This document shows, in pieces, positions 10,268 through 20,000 of a DNA stretch of 20,000 nucleotides; position 1 is the first letter of the stretch; every line of letters starts with the position of its first letter. The translations under genes were made by a program, and so were the position numbers. The notes below the pieces were generated by a model. That model was given only the letters and a program-made list of their open reading frames with translations. It did not search any database and was not told where the DNA came from. Origin of the DNA: Vicugna vicugna (Eukaryota); NCBI GenBank assembly GCA_013265495.1, contig MU058424.1, forward strand, positions 108,880 through 128,879, given 5' to 3'.

Positions 10268-11990
10268 TCATGTTCCACCAGCTCTTCCCCAGTGCCCCTC
10301 TCATCTTATTATCATTGATGTTGTTGCTGTTCATATCATTATTATGATCAAGATGAAACATCCAAGAAATTATATGTTCCTGAAATGCTAGCCCTGCAAG
10401 AAGTTTTGGAGTTAACTGCTAACACCATCATTTCCTGGGGTTGTAAGGGAACGTGAGAGACCTGCCTGAAATTACATAAATTTTCTGACTGTCTGTCCAG
10501 TGTTTCTCTTTGTCTTGTTGCTTCGCAGTTCAACAGGAGTATTTTGGAGAAACAGGTTTAAGGAAAAGAACTGTATCACGGGAAGTGATTGCACTGATTT
10601 TTGATAGTCAGTGTTCAGTTCACTCCATTGAGAGACATTATAGTCTGTCGATCAGGTTAAGCGTTAAATCCCACAATGAGAAGTTCTGATTTAAAATCTT
10701 AAAAAAAATCCTTATCAATTTACTCTGAGAATTAAATAGGCATACGACCATTGTAAAACATGCATTCCCCAAATTAGACTTAATGCTTATCATAACTATT
10801 TAGCCCAATTTACTGTACACCTGTTGCTCAGAGGACTGGACATTATTTTTAATGTTGGACAGATGAATTATTGCTCTATAGACATAGATGAACCAACATT
10901 ATATCTATCTTCTGTGTTCCTCAACTTTCAGATCTCTGTCCTCTCAATAGGAAAAATGCACAGCATGTGTACAATTTCCGTTGTACTTAAAGATGTTGGC
11001 TTTGTGACTCATCCAGGGCTTTAACTTTGATTTTACCCCAGAAACAGCACAGCACCTATTAAATGTCCCTCAGCACTACTGAGTTTGCAGTCAAAGTGGA
11101 AATAAAATGCCTTCTCTGGGTTTCAATACCAAACGGAAAATTCATAAAGTAAAAGTTACATTGTAATTTGGCTTCTTTAATGAATGTCAACGATATATAC
11201 TGAGTTTGCAATTAAAAGACTTTCTGTCATCTGGGGGACCCTAAATATTGAGTGATGTCTGTGCTGTATTTATGTTCACTTTCCTCCCCATTAATAATAA
11301 AGTGTTTCCAGCTGGGAGTAAGTGTGGCCACAACTTTTGCTTAGTTTCATTTGGGATTCCAGGATCTAAGCTTTTCTCTCTGGCTCTGTGTGTGTCTTGT
11401 ATTACAATCTCATACTGCCTGTCTGCTTTGGGAAGATACTTTATCCACAGTCTTATTTATTATATATTCAAGTTCTAGAAAAAGATGTGAAATACAAAGA
11501 ATATCAAATAGATGGATTGTAATGTTTGGGAGGCATTTAAAAATTTTAAAGAATACATGTAGGTTTTCTTTGTGTGTATGACAAAAAGAGTTATAAATTA
11601 AAAGAGTCAGTTGTTTTCAACTGCCACGTTGATTCATCACTTGAAAACTGAGTCTCCTTTAAGCCTGGGATTCTGTGAAGCATCTCTAGTAGACTTAAAA
11701 AGACGTGACCAATGAATTTTTTCTACTCTGTTCACCTCCAGGTCCATTACCTCTATAGGTTAGTATTCAGATGCATGAAAGACAACCCCCCAAGTTTCCG
11801 TGACCTCACAGTGTTGAGCCTTCTGTACAAATAAAACGTGAACCTGAACACGATGCCCTAGGGAAGATCTTGAGTCTCAAAAGCAAAAGAAGTGGCTTCC
11901 TTTCTCTTAATGTCTTTTCCTGTAAGTCAGGGATGAAACAGCACATCCCGTGCAGAAAGAATGAAAGCCTCAAACTGTATTCAGGAAAAG

Positions 11991-12067
11991 ATACACATAC
12001 ATACTATATGTATGTAGGTATATATAGATAGATAGGTAGAAGATATATAGATATATATCATATCATA
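11991..12067. repeat. Degenerate TA/TAGA/TATG low-complexity repeat
   Basis: atacacatacatactatatgtatgtaggtatatatagatagataggtaga... Confidence 0.75.
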
Positions 12068-13449
12068 ACATTCCTCTTCTTTTTTTAACTCTTGTGAATT
12101 ATTACTTAAAACTGGTATATCAGTTATGCTTATTCCATTTTTGTTATGAAAGTTTACCCAGTGGACTGTGTTTTATGTTTCTTTACTAAATAGACAATTC
12201 AGTTAAGTTCATCTAGATCTCTATTTATCCAAAATCAATTTTCTCTACTGGGATTAAATAAAAATAAAAAACTTGAAATATATGTAACTATACTTTGTCA
12301 TAGAGAATAAAAAAGTTGGCATCCGCCATCATCTGACGGGTTTAGTGGCCACTCCCTGTCCACATTACCTGTTTCTACAGTCTTTATACTTCCTGTTTTG
12401 AGGGCTGTCATCAGGTGAAGGTGGTGCCTTGGTTACAAATGCATTGGAAAAAAAAAAAAGAATGGATAAAGATGGGGTTTTTTTCCCCCAAATGTGGTTA
12501 CATAAAAATTTAGAGAAAAAGTCTTTTTTTTCAATAAAATATGTAACTCTTTATCCAAAAAAAAGGTCAATTGATTGCATTTCTTCCCTCACCATAGGTA
12601 GGACATGGGCAAAGAGAGACAATCAGAAGCAAGAATAAAACCTAAGTACAGCGGCCCCTACTTTCATTTAAAACATCAAATCATATCACTCTTTGTTAAT
12701 TAATCAACCTCATTTGTGTGGTTTCCAGGAGCTGCTGTAATTCACCTGACCACTGGGAACCTGGACGGGCTGCCTGCAGTCCACAGCTGAGCTTCTTGGG
12801 CACCACAGAGTCACTGCTTCAGAGGCAGGAGGATGGCTTCGCCCCCAGCAGCTGTATTCAACACCTCACTGGGGCACAAACGGTGATTCCTTGATGACAC
12901 ATTTTCATAATTTTCTAAATGTATTTGAAGCAGTTTCATGGTGACATATAATCACACCTTTCTAACTCTCTGGGACATCACGGGCAGGTCCTTCTTTATG
13001 CCCTAAAATGTAGAGTCAAAAAGCTAACGCCTTATTTCTGGGCGAGGAAGGAATTCAGGAATTTGGTGCACACTGCATGATTCTACCTTTGCTGCAATCT
13101 GCATAATTATATTTTCTGTGAAGGAATACGCCTTGCTTAAGAATAATGGTCATAGATTATTAATCCTGTTTGTTTCCTGTGAAAAGAAAGGAACGTCCCA
13201 GGTCAGAGCTCAGTTGTCTCTACTTTGAGAGCTTCTGAGGATTTCCCCCAACAGCAGGAACGTCCTTGCCTTGGGGACCTGATGCTCACCAGCCTTGGTG
13301 TCCCTGAACGAGACCCCACCTCAGCCTGCACTGACACTTCATTTTGTTGCCTTCATTAGTGTTTCCTGTTAAGAAGACTTGATCCTGCAGTCCCATGGCC
13401 TCATCAGGCTGTCACCTGCAGAGAAAAGTTACTGATCACATTTAGGTTC

Positions 13450-13563
13450 AGTACAAAAAGCAGAGCTTAGGTGACAACTGGGTTTACGTTCTAGGTCTGC
13501 CACCTACTAGACACATGCCTATGCCAGTCACTAACCCCTCTAAGCCTTCATTTCCTTGTCTTT
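13450..13563 (+). mobile_element. MIR, 5' half (interrupted by an L1)
   Basis: ctgggtttacgttctaggtctgccacctactag...agtcactaacccctctaagccttcatttccttgtc. Confidence 0.8.
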
Positions 13564-14055
13564 TATTGAAGTATAGTCAATTTATGATGTTGTGTTAATT
13601 TCTGGTGTGCAGCATAGTGATTCAGTTATACATAAATATATATATATATTTATATATTATATATATATATTCTGTTTCATATTCTTCTTCATTATACACT
13701 ATTACAAGGTGTTGAATACAGTTCCCTGTGCTTTACAGTAGGACCTTGTTGTTTATCTATTTTATATATAGTAGTTAGTATCTACAATCTCGAACTCCCA
13801 ATTTATCCCCCCTGATCCCCATTTCCCCCTAGTAACCATAAGTTTGTTTCCTATGTCTGTGAGTTTATCTCTGTTTTGTAAATAAGTACATTTGTGACCT
13901 TTTTTAAAGATTCCACATATAAGTGATATTATATGGTATTTCTCCTTTTTCTTTCTGGCTTACTTCATTTAGCATGATAATCTCCAGGTCCATCTATGTT
14001 GCTGCAGATGGCATCATTTTATTCTTTTCATGGCTGAGTAGTATTCCATTGTATA
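13564..14055 (-). mobile_element. 5'-truncated L1 3' end (L1MA9/artiodactyl-type 3' UTR) with 15-bp TSD
   Basis: ttttattgaagtatag...cagcatagtgattcagttata...gttccctgtgctttacagtaggacc...gtccatctatgttgctgca...tggctgagtagtattccattgtata; TSD CATTTCCTTGTCTTT at 13549-13563 and 14056-14070. Confidence 0.93.
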
Positions 14056-14117
14056 CATTTCCTTGTCTTTAAAATGAGGATAGTGCCTGTCTGTGGTACA
14101 ATGAGGGTAAATTATTA
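14056..14117 (+). mobile_element. MIR, 3' half
   Basis: catttccttgtctttaaaatgaggatagtgcctg...tgagggtaaatta continues the MIR core from 13563. Confidence 0.75.
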
Positions 14118-14119
14118 CC

Positions 14120-14226
14120 TAGTGTTTCTCAAGTGTTAATCTGCATAATAATCACTTGGTAGATCTTTAACAAGCTCACAGTTGATCCCTAACATTGCTG
14201 GGTCATGGATCACACTTTGAATGGTG
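14120..14226 (-). mobile_element. MER5A-like hAT-Charlie remnant, internally deleted
   Basis: tagtgtttctcaa...tgcataataatcacttgg...taacaagctcacagttgat...tgctgggtcatggatcacactttga. Confidence 0.6.
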
Positions 14227-14233
14227 GCAAAAT

Positions 14234-14788
14234 TGTAACTGATGACTGAATATACGAACAGCTAATAGCCAACCATATATAAAAATAGAACTTTGACACA
14301 CAACCTGCAGCAGCCTGCCCAGGAGACCAGCCCCTTACCTTCACTAGGCGGCCCAGGAAGCCAGCCAACAAAGTCAGGCCTGGAGGAAGTCAGAGTGCTA
14401 TCTTTAGTAATAATTCAGGAAGCCAAACAACAACTTCTGCAGCAATCAGACCAAAATGGTTAGGACATGATCAGTAGCTGATAGCCTCTGCAGTTTTTGC
14501 CTAGACTTCCAATTTAGGACCTACCAGACAAAGCCAAATACACATCCCTAACCAATCACGTGGGTGTGCCATTTCTAGTTGGCCCACCTACAGCATCCAT
14601 GTGCCAAGAGCCTCCAGTCAGGCCATCCCCGAAGCCTTCCCTGTTTCCCCTATAAAAGCGTTTCTACTTCTCGGCCTGCTTGTGAGTCTCTGCCAAAATG
14701 CAAGTGATGGTGGCCGACTCCCTCGCAAGCAAGCTCTGAATAAAAAGCCCTTGCTCGTTCTCATTTGGTTGGTCTTCATTTCTATACA
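14234..14788 (+). mobile_element. Solo ERV1-class LTR, MER90-like
   Basis: TG...CA termini; repeated CAGGAAGCCA motifs; CCAAT (14552), TATAAAA (14651) and AATAAA (14739) in LTR order; resembles recalled MER90/MER90a consensus. No clear TSD. Confidence 0.85.
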
Positions 14789-15030
14789 AGTGACACATGA
14801 AAAGTGCCTGCTACTCAGTGCGGGCACAGCAGGTCACAGCGCTGGGCTTTAGAAGGCAGTGGAGCTGGAGGCTTCTCTCCTCACCTTGGAGGAGGTCTTC
14901 ACCCTCCAGCTTTTCACCTCCTACTTTCCCAGAAGGGCGGCTTCCTGGTCCCATTAAAGTTCACACAACCTCTGCCTAGTCCTCCTTTCCATGGTGATTC
15001 CTTCTCTTGTATTGGAAGGAGCTCATCTGT

Positions 15031-15063
15031 TTTGCTTTGCTTTGCTTTGCTTTGCTTTGCTTT
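15031..15063. repeat. (TTTGC)6 pentanucleotide microsatellite
   Basis: Six perfect TTTGC units plus TTT. Confidence 0.95.
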
Positions 15064-16119
15064 AGCCTCTCCTTTCATTTAGTCACAAAGAAGCCCAGAA
15101 AATCACCAATTAACCTCTTTCCCTTTCTTTCTAACAACGGTGGTAATTGGTTGATTACATCTTCCACCCAGGGGAAGGACAAGTCATTTCTCATAAGTGA
15201 GCCCATCTCTCCAGGACCCTGTCCCCCATGTCCTGGCCCAAAGGTGGTAAAATGGTCAGATTTAGGTTTTGGCTGGAAGGAAAGGAAGGAGAGATGCCAA
15301 CATCGTGTGCTCCATCCTGGGTTTTTAATGACAGTTACTTTTGAGTTTGGGTCACTGCTCACAAAACGTCCAGTGGCATTTTGCTTTATTCCAGCACTCT
15401 CCCTGTATTTATGACTCCCTTGGGGAATTCACTTGGAAGAAAAGTGGCTGGGGCAGGGGAGAACTGGGATATTCTTGTCTTTCCTAGCCTAGAATTTCCC
15501 CCATAGCATTCCAATCTCACCCCCTTCTTCCTACTGAGCATTAGTGCACATAAACATGATGACCCTCGAGGTGTCTTAACAGAAGGAAGAGAGCATCCAA
15601 GGAGGAAGAGAAGGGAAACGGTGACTTGGATTTTCCACAGTCCAAGCTCAAGTGCAAATCCCATGACCCACACTGACATCTGAAAATTTGACACAGTATA
15701 AAGAACAATGTAGACACGGCTGTGCAAAAAAAGAATATTTCAAACATAAATATAACTGGAAATGGTTGCCAAGCATGGGAACTGTTAGAAGTGTGTTTGC
15801 CTTTAAATGCTTTCGTGACAAAGGAGAAAATATATTTTAGAATTTGTATCTTTACCAAGCATTTCCTCCACATCTTGGAATAATTTAAGGTGCTATCAGT
15901 GTGCTTTGTTATTTGATAGACTCAACATTATATGATCACTCATTGCATTTGTTTTGTGAACGCTTTTCAAGCCACCCTACTTCCTGGCAGGTTGTCCTTT
16001 GAAACAGAAAAGGATCTGAGATATTCCTAAGGAGTATCTCTCCGTTTCCTTGATAGCACAAAGACAGTCAAAGGTTGCACTAAAAGCTGTGGTTGAGAAG
16101 AGGTTTGGCATTGCTGTGG

Positions 16120-16255
16120 AATTTTCTGAGAAGACCATTTCCCAGGCTGCTCTGCAGCAGATTCTGATCCAGCTATTCTGGGCGGGGGCCTCTGAATCTG
16201 TGTCTCTAGAAGTTCTCTTAGTGATTCTGGTGCCTGCCCAGGTTGGGTTTAGGAG
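16120..16255. mobile_element. MER5-like hAT remnant
   Basis: cagattctgatccagctattctgggcgggggcctctgaatctgtgtctctagaagttctcttagtgattctg. Confidence 0.6.
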
Positions 16256-16337
16256 CCCCCACAGAAGGGTGCCAGCTGGTATGACTGAAATACAGCGGGG
16301 TTGGAAAAGCCTGTAGTCCTTTGTAAAGCAGAGCAGT

Positions 16338-16460
16338 TTAATTCAGTTCCACAACACTGACTGAACACCTACTCTGCGTCAGACAGCTGGGTGTGTGCTG
16401 CAGACACACAGGGGAACCCGCACAGCTCCTGTCTTCAGTTGGCTCAGAGACTAGAGGGAG
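16338..16460 (-). mobile_element. L2 3'-end fragment
   Basis: attcagttccacaacactgactgaacacctactctgcgtcagac...gctgcagacacacaggggaac...cctgtcttcagttggctcagagactagaggg. Confidence 0.7.
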
Positions 16461-16545
16461 AAGGACGAGAGTGAGAGAGAGAAACAGAGAGAGGGAGTGA
16501 GAGGGAGGGAGGAGAAGGCATAGGAGGGAGGGAGAGAGAGAAAGA
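16455..16545. repeat. GA-rich low-complexity purine tract
   Basis: gagagtgagagagagaaacagagagagggagtgagagggagggaggag... Confidence 0.85.
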
Positions 16546-16643
16546 ATGAACCAAACTACCCACAGAGCGTGGCAAGAAACACGACAGTAAATCCTACCGG
16601 ATTTGACAGAGGAATAAAGAGGAAAGAAAAAGCTACGGAAGAA

Positions 16644-16767
16644 GGGGGAGGGTCTAGCTCAGTGGTAGAGCATATGAGGTCCCGGGTTCAATCCCCAGTG
16701 CCTCCTCCAAGAATAAATAAATAAACCTAATTACCTCCCCCGACCAAAGGAAAAACAAAGAAGAAAA
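16644..16767 (+). mobile_element. tRNA-derived SINE, camelid Vic-1-like
   Basis: GGGGGAGGGTCTAGCTCAGTGGTAGAG (A box 16655-16665), B box GGTTCAATCCC (16685-16695), then AATAAATAAATAAACCTAATTACCTCCCCC and an A-rich tail. Confidence 0.85.
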
Positions 16768-16769
16768 CA

Positions 16770-16940
16770 AAGCGCAAATTGGTCGATGTAAATCCAGCTA
16801 TACCAATAATAATATTTAAATAAAAATCGGTTCCTCTAAATCAAAAGGCAGAGATTACCCGGCTTGACTTTTAAAGTATCCAACTATATGCTCTCGATAA
16901 GAAACACATTACAGAGTCAAAGATAGAAATATTGAAATAT
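16770..16940 (+). mobile_element. Old L1 fragment covering the ORF2 start (APE endonuclease N-terminus), non-coding now
   Basis: gtaaatccagctataccaataat...aatcaaaaggcagagatt...atccaactatatgctctcgataagaaacaca...tcaaagata corresponds to decayed L1 ORF2 'IKRQRL...PTICCLQETH'. Confidence 0.75.
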
Positions 16941-17026
16941 TTGTGAATATATTTTAATAAAAAAGAATGCGAAATTTTAATAAATAGATGTTGTTTGAGA
17001 GGGAAAAATATATAAATAGTTTAAAG

Positions 17027-17137
17027 CTATAAAATATGAAAAAGAATGTACCTATACTCATGACCGGGACATTGAGCTGTCCACCAGAGACTGACGCATT
17101 GTAACTGACAGTACTTCAATTAAAAAAGAAAAAAAAT
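17027..17137 (+). mobile_element. Very short (~110 bp) L1 3'-terminal insertion with poly(A)
   Basis: catgaccgggacattgagctgtccaccagagactgacgcattgtaactgacagtacttcaattaaaaaagaaaaaaaa is homologous to 19714-19790; candidate TSD ATAGTTTAAAG (17016-17026) / ATAGTTTGAAG (17138-17148). Confidence 0.8.
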
Positions 17138-17649
17138 ATAGTTTGAAGTTGGAAAAGCTACAGAAGAGAAAAAATGGCTTAGGACCTGCCTCGGGAGGGT
17201 CACAAGAATTACGGTGGCGCGATTCCCAGCCACCGTGTGGAGCCATCTGTAGGGGCCACCGTGGTTGTGGTTGTGGGGCTGTGACCAGCATTTGGGAACC
17301 ACGGGTGCTCCTGGGCAGGGTGAGAAGCCCCCTGCGAGCTGATGAGGCAGACGGGAAGTAAGATCTCTGGCGATCGCAGGGCAAGGGAACGTGCGAGGGG
17401 AACGTGGGCTTGGGCCCCCATCGTGGGACCTTTTTAACGAGAACAATAACAGAAGAAGCAGGTTGTGTGGAGGGTTTTAGATGACAGCTTTTTACTAGTC
17501 TGATAGTTGAATCCATATCGCTGTTTCAGTTTGGAAGTACAGAGTTGATACCAGTGGCAAGGAAAACACTAAAATGTAATCAGACTGTATTTATCAGGAA
17601 GCAAGGTAGAATGGTGCCTTGCCTGGGAGCCACATGGCCCCTGGAATCT

Positions 17650-18268
17650 GATCACAGCCTCCTGGACTCCTCCTTCCACATCTGCCCTCTTGAGTCAATC
17701 CTCAGCCTCGAGGACGGTAAATGGAACGCCAGAGCTCATCAGTCTCCTCTCACAGCCCTTCACTGCCCCAGCCACTCAGTCCCCACAAGCCCTGCTTCTC
17801 AGGCCTCTCCCCTCTGGGACCCCCTCGCACACTGGCCTCCCTCCCTCTCAGCTCCAGCCCCACTGGCTGGCTGCCCAGCTCTTCATCCAACTCCTCCAAC
17901 GAGCTCCTGGCTCCGGCCTTGCACTTGCCTTTTTCTCCATCTGAAACTCTGTCCTCCAAATAACCACGTGGCTTATACGTTCTCTCCTTCGAGTGTCTAC
18001 TGAATGTCACATTGTCACTGAGACCTTTCTCAGCTCTCTGCCCCACTGGATGCTGCACTTTGCTCTTTTCTCACCCTCATTCCCTGTCCTCCCTCATTGC
18101 TTTCATTTTCTTCTTGTCTAATATTATTAATTTGATTTCCTATTACACCCCCTGGAAAAGAAGCTCCACAGAGCAGGAACTTTTTTCTTCTGCTTAGTTT
18201 TCTGAGATTTGCTAGAGCCTAGAACAGTTTTTGGTCTATGACAGTACTCAATTATATATGTTGAAGAA
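17650..18268 (+). mobile_element. L2 (L2a-like) 3' region
   Basis: Pyrimidine-rich body with ctccagccccactggc, ggccttgcacttgc, aatgtcac...gagaccttt, aagctccacagagcaggaac and terminal gcctagaacagt...gtactcaattatatatgttgaa. Confidence 0.85.
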
Positions 18269-18699
18269 ACACACAAACTCATGCTCTAAACTACTTGAAT
18301 GGAAAGACCACATTTGACTCGATTCCATGATTCCATCTGGGAATGATTCCTGGCACATAATCAGTAAACTCACAAAAGTTTTTGATGAATAATTGAATAT
18401 CTTTGCCAACCCTTGGATACAATGTAGGAGAAGCTGCTTAAACATGCAGCAGAGTATTTACTGGATTTCTTCCATATAAATATAGTTACTTAAATGGCTT
18501 CTCAGCCTAAGGGGAAAAATGATCAACTGTTTTTATTGGCGAGTGATGGAAAAGTTCCTTGTTTATCTGAAAGAGTATTGGAAGTCAGTCCACTAGTACA
18601 AGTCGGAGGGATTTTTGTTGTTGTTCCTTTGTATTTTACCCTTTAACGACTTCCTTCTTTTAGGCTGTTGAAAGACAATGTTACTCCCCAACTCTGGCT

Positions 18700-18853
18700 T
18701 TAAGGTAGAACACTAGAGCTTACAGGAAATTCCGATGCCTGGTGCACAGAACCAGAAGTCCTCATTCAATTAGTTTGGGTGCATCCTGAGCATTGGTAGT
18801 TTCCAAAGAGTCCCAGAGAAATGGGAATGAGGAAGCAGGATGAGGAACCACAG
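18700..18853. mobile_element. MER5-like hAT remnant
   Basis: gatgcctgg...ccagaagtcctcattcaattagtttgggtgcatcctgagcattggtagttt...gaggaaccacag. Confidence 0.5.
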
Positions 18854-18876
18854 TTTCAGAATGATTGTATCTTCCT

Positions 18877-19355
18877 GCATCCCAATGTTCATAGCAGCAC
18901 TAGTTACAATAACCAATCTATTGGCTGCAACCTAAATGTTCATCAACAGATGAATGGATAATGACGATGTGGTGTATATACAATGGAATATTACTCAGGC
19001 ATAACAAAGAACAAAATAATGCCATTTGTAGCAACATGGATGGACCCAGAGATTATCATACTAAATTAGTTATGTAATAATTAGTTAAACTAAGTAGTAA
19101 CTAAATTAGTTAAAGTTAGAAAAAGACAAATATAAGATATCACTTATAGGAGGAATCTAAAAGATAAACGATACAAATAAATTATTTACAAAACAGAAAA
19201 AGACACACTGACATAGAAAACAAACTTTTGGTTACCCAAAGGGAAGGCTGGGGAGGGATAAATTAGGAGTTTGAGATTAGCAGATACAAACTTCTATATA
19301 TAAAACAGATAAACAATAAGGTCCTACTGTATAGCACAGGGAAATATATTCAATA
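18877..19355 (+). mobile_element. L1 ORF2 end plus 3' UTR, copy 1 (lacks its own terminus)
   Basis: aatgttcatagcagcact...caacagatgaatggata...caatggaatattactcag...gcaacatggatggacccagagattatcatact...gtatagcacagggaaatatattcaata. Confidence 0.92.
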
Positions 19356-19790
19356 TTTGCAGCAACATGGATGGACCTAGAGATCGTCTTCCGAGTGAAG
19401 CCAGAAAGAGAAAGAAATATATCATATGATATCACTTATATGTACAATCTAAAAAAAAAAAAGACACTATGAACTCATCTACAAAACAGAAACAGACTCA
19501 CAGACATAGTAAACAATCTTATGGATACCAGGGAAAGGGGGTGGGAAGGGATAAATTTGAGAGCCTGAGATTTGCAAATGTTAGTTAGCTATGATACATA
19601 AAAATAGATTTAAAAAAACAAACACGTTTCTTCTGTAGAGCACAGGGAACTATATTCAATATCTTGTAATAACCTTTAATGGTAAAGAATATGCAAATAC
19701 ACAAGTGTATATGCATGACTGGGACATTATGTTGTGCACCAGAAATTGATAGATTGTAACCGACTGTACGTTACGTCAATTTTAAAAAAA
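19356..19790 (+). mobile_element. L1 3' end, copy 2 (complete terminus with A-tail)
   Basis: tttgcagcaacatggatggacctagagat...aaacagactcacagacatag...cacagggaactatattcaatatcttgtaataacc...caccagaaattga...caattttaaaaaaa. Confidence 0.92.
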
Positions 19791-20000
19791 ATTATTGGTT
19801 GGTGAAATGTGAATGCCTGGAAATCACCAGTTCACAGGGCCAGCAGAGAGCAAGAAAAGGAAACTTGGAGAGAAGAGAACTGATGGATCAGGGTCTTGGA
19901 GGATGAGCTCTAGATCACAGGGAGCAGTCAGACTTGAGGGGCAGGGCAGGCACTGAGCATAGATGGAATTATAGCCACATTTAGAGATGAGAATGAGGAA

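Noticed and set aside
9500..12700. Long stretch without recognisable repeats; considered hidden exons or a pseudogene
   Set aside because: ORFs are short and featureless with no convincing exon structure; conservation cannot be assessed without alignments
14601..15873. Cluster of overlapping 60-135 aa ORFs
   Set aside because: They span an LTR and the (TTTGC)n repeat (source of the CFALL repeats), occur on both strands and show no protein-family resemblance
16644..16705. Possible tRNA gene (A and B boxes)
   Set aside because: The anticodon arm is missing and a SINE-type body and A-rich tail follow, so it is a SINE
17058..18197. Several 60-152 aa Pro/Ser-rich ORFs on both strands
   Set aside because: They arise from the GC-rich patch and the C-rich decayed L2 3' region, where stop codons are depleted; no domain is recognisable
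18858..19800. Possible shared TSD around the L1 doublet (AGAATGATTG / AAAATTATTG)
   Set aside because: Two mismatches in 10 AT-rich bases, and the left copy is not flush with the L1 start; too weak to claim
1..20000. A novel multi-gene or defence-like system
   Set aside because: The only coding sequence is the known ALG10 terminal exon; everything else is explained by UTR or intergenic DNA and known repeat classes

Overview
Mammalian genomic DNA, probably camelid (inferred from a Vic-1-like tRNA-derived SINE at ~16.65 kb). The window opens inside the last coding exon of ALG10/ALG10B (Dol-P-Glc alpha-1,2-glucosyltransferase; C-terminal ~171 codons, stop at 516-518). An AT-rich putative 3' UTR of uncertain length follows (candidate poly(A) signals from 0.8 to 7.0 kb). 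The rest is intergenic DNA dominated by decayed interspersed repeats: an MLT1 MaLR LTR, a MER90-like ERV1 LTR, several MIRs, L2, L3/CR1, MER5-like hAT elements, several L1 pieces and one SINE. The other ORFs in the track look like chance ORFs. I found no convincing novel biological system. The best leads are small: a duplicated or chimeric L1 3' end with a templated-looking micro-insertion, an L1 nested in a MIR with a perfect 15-bp TSD, two co-oriented CTCF-like motifs, a cryptic micro-exon-like signal set, a distal poly(A) site candidate and a possible local GC-biased substitution patch. Repeat family names come from recalled consensus sequences, not a database search, and most repeat boundaries are approximate.
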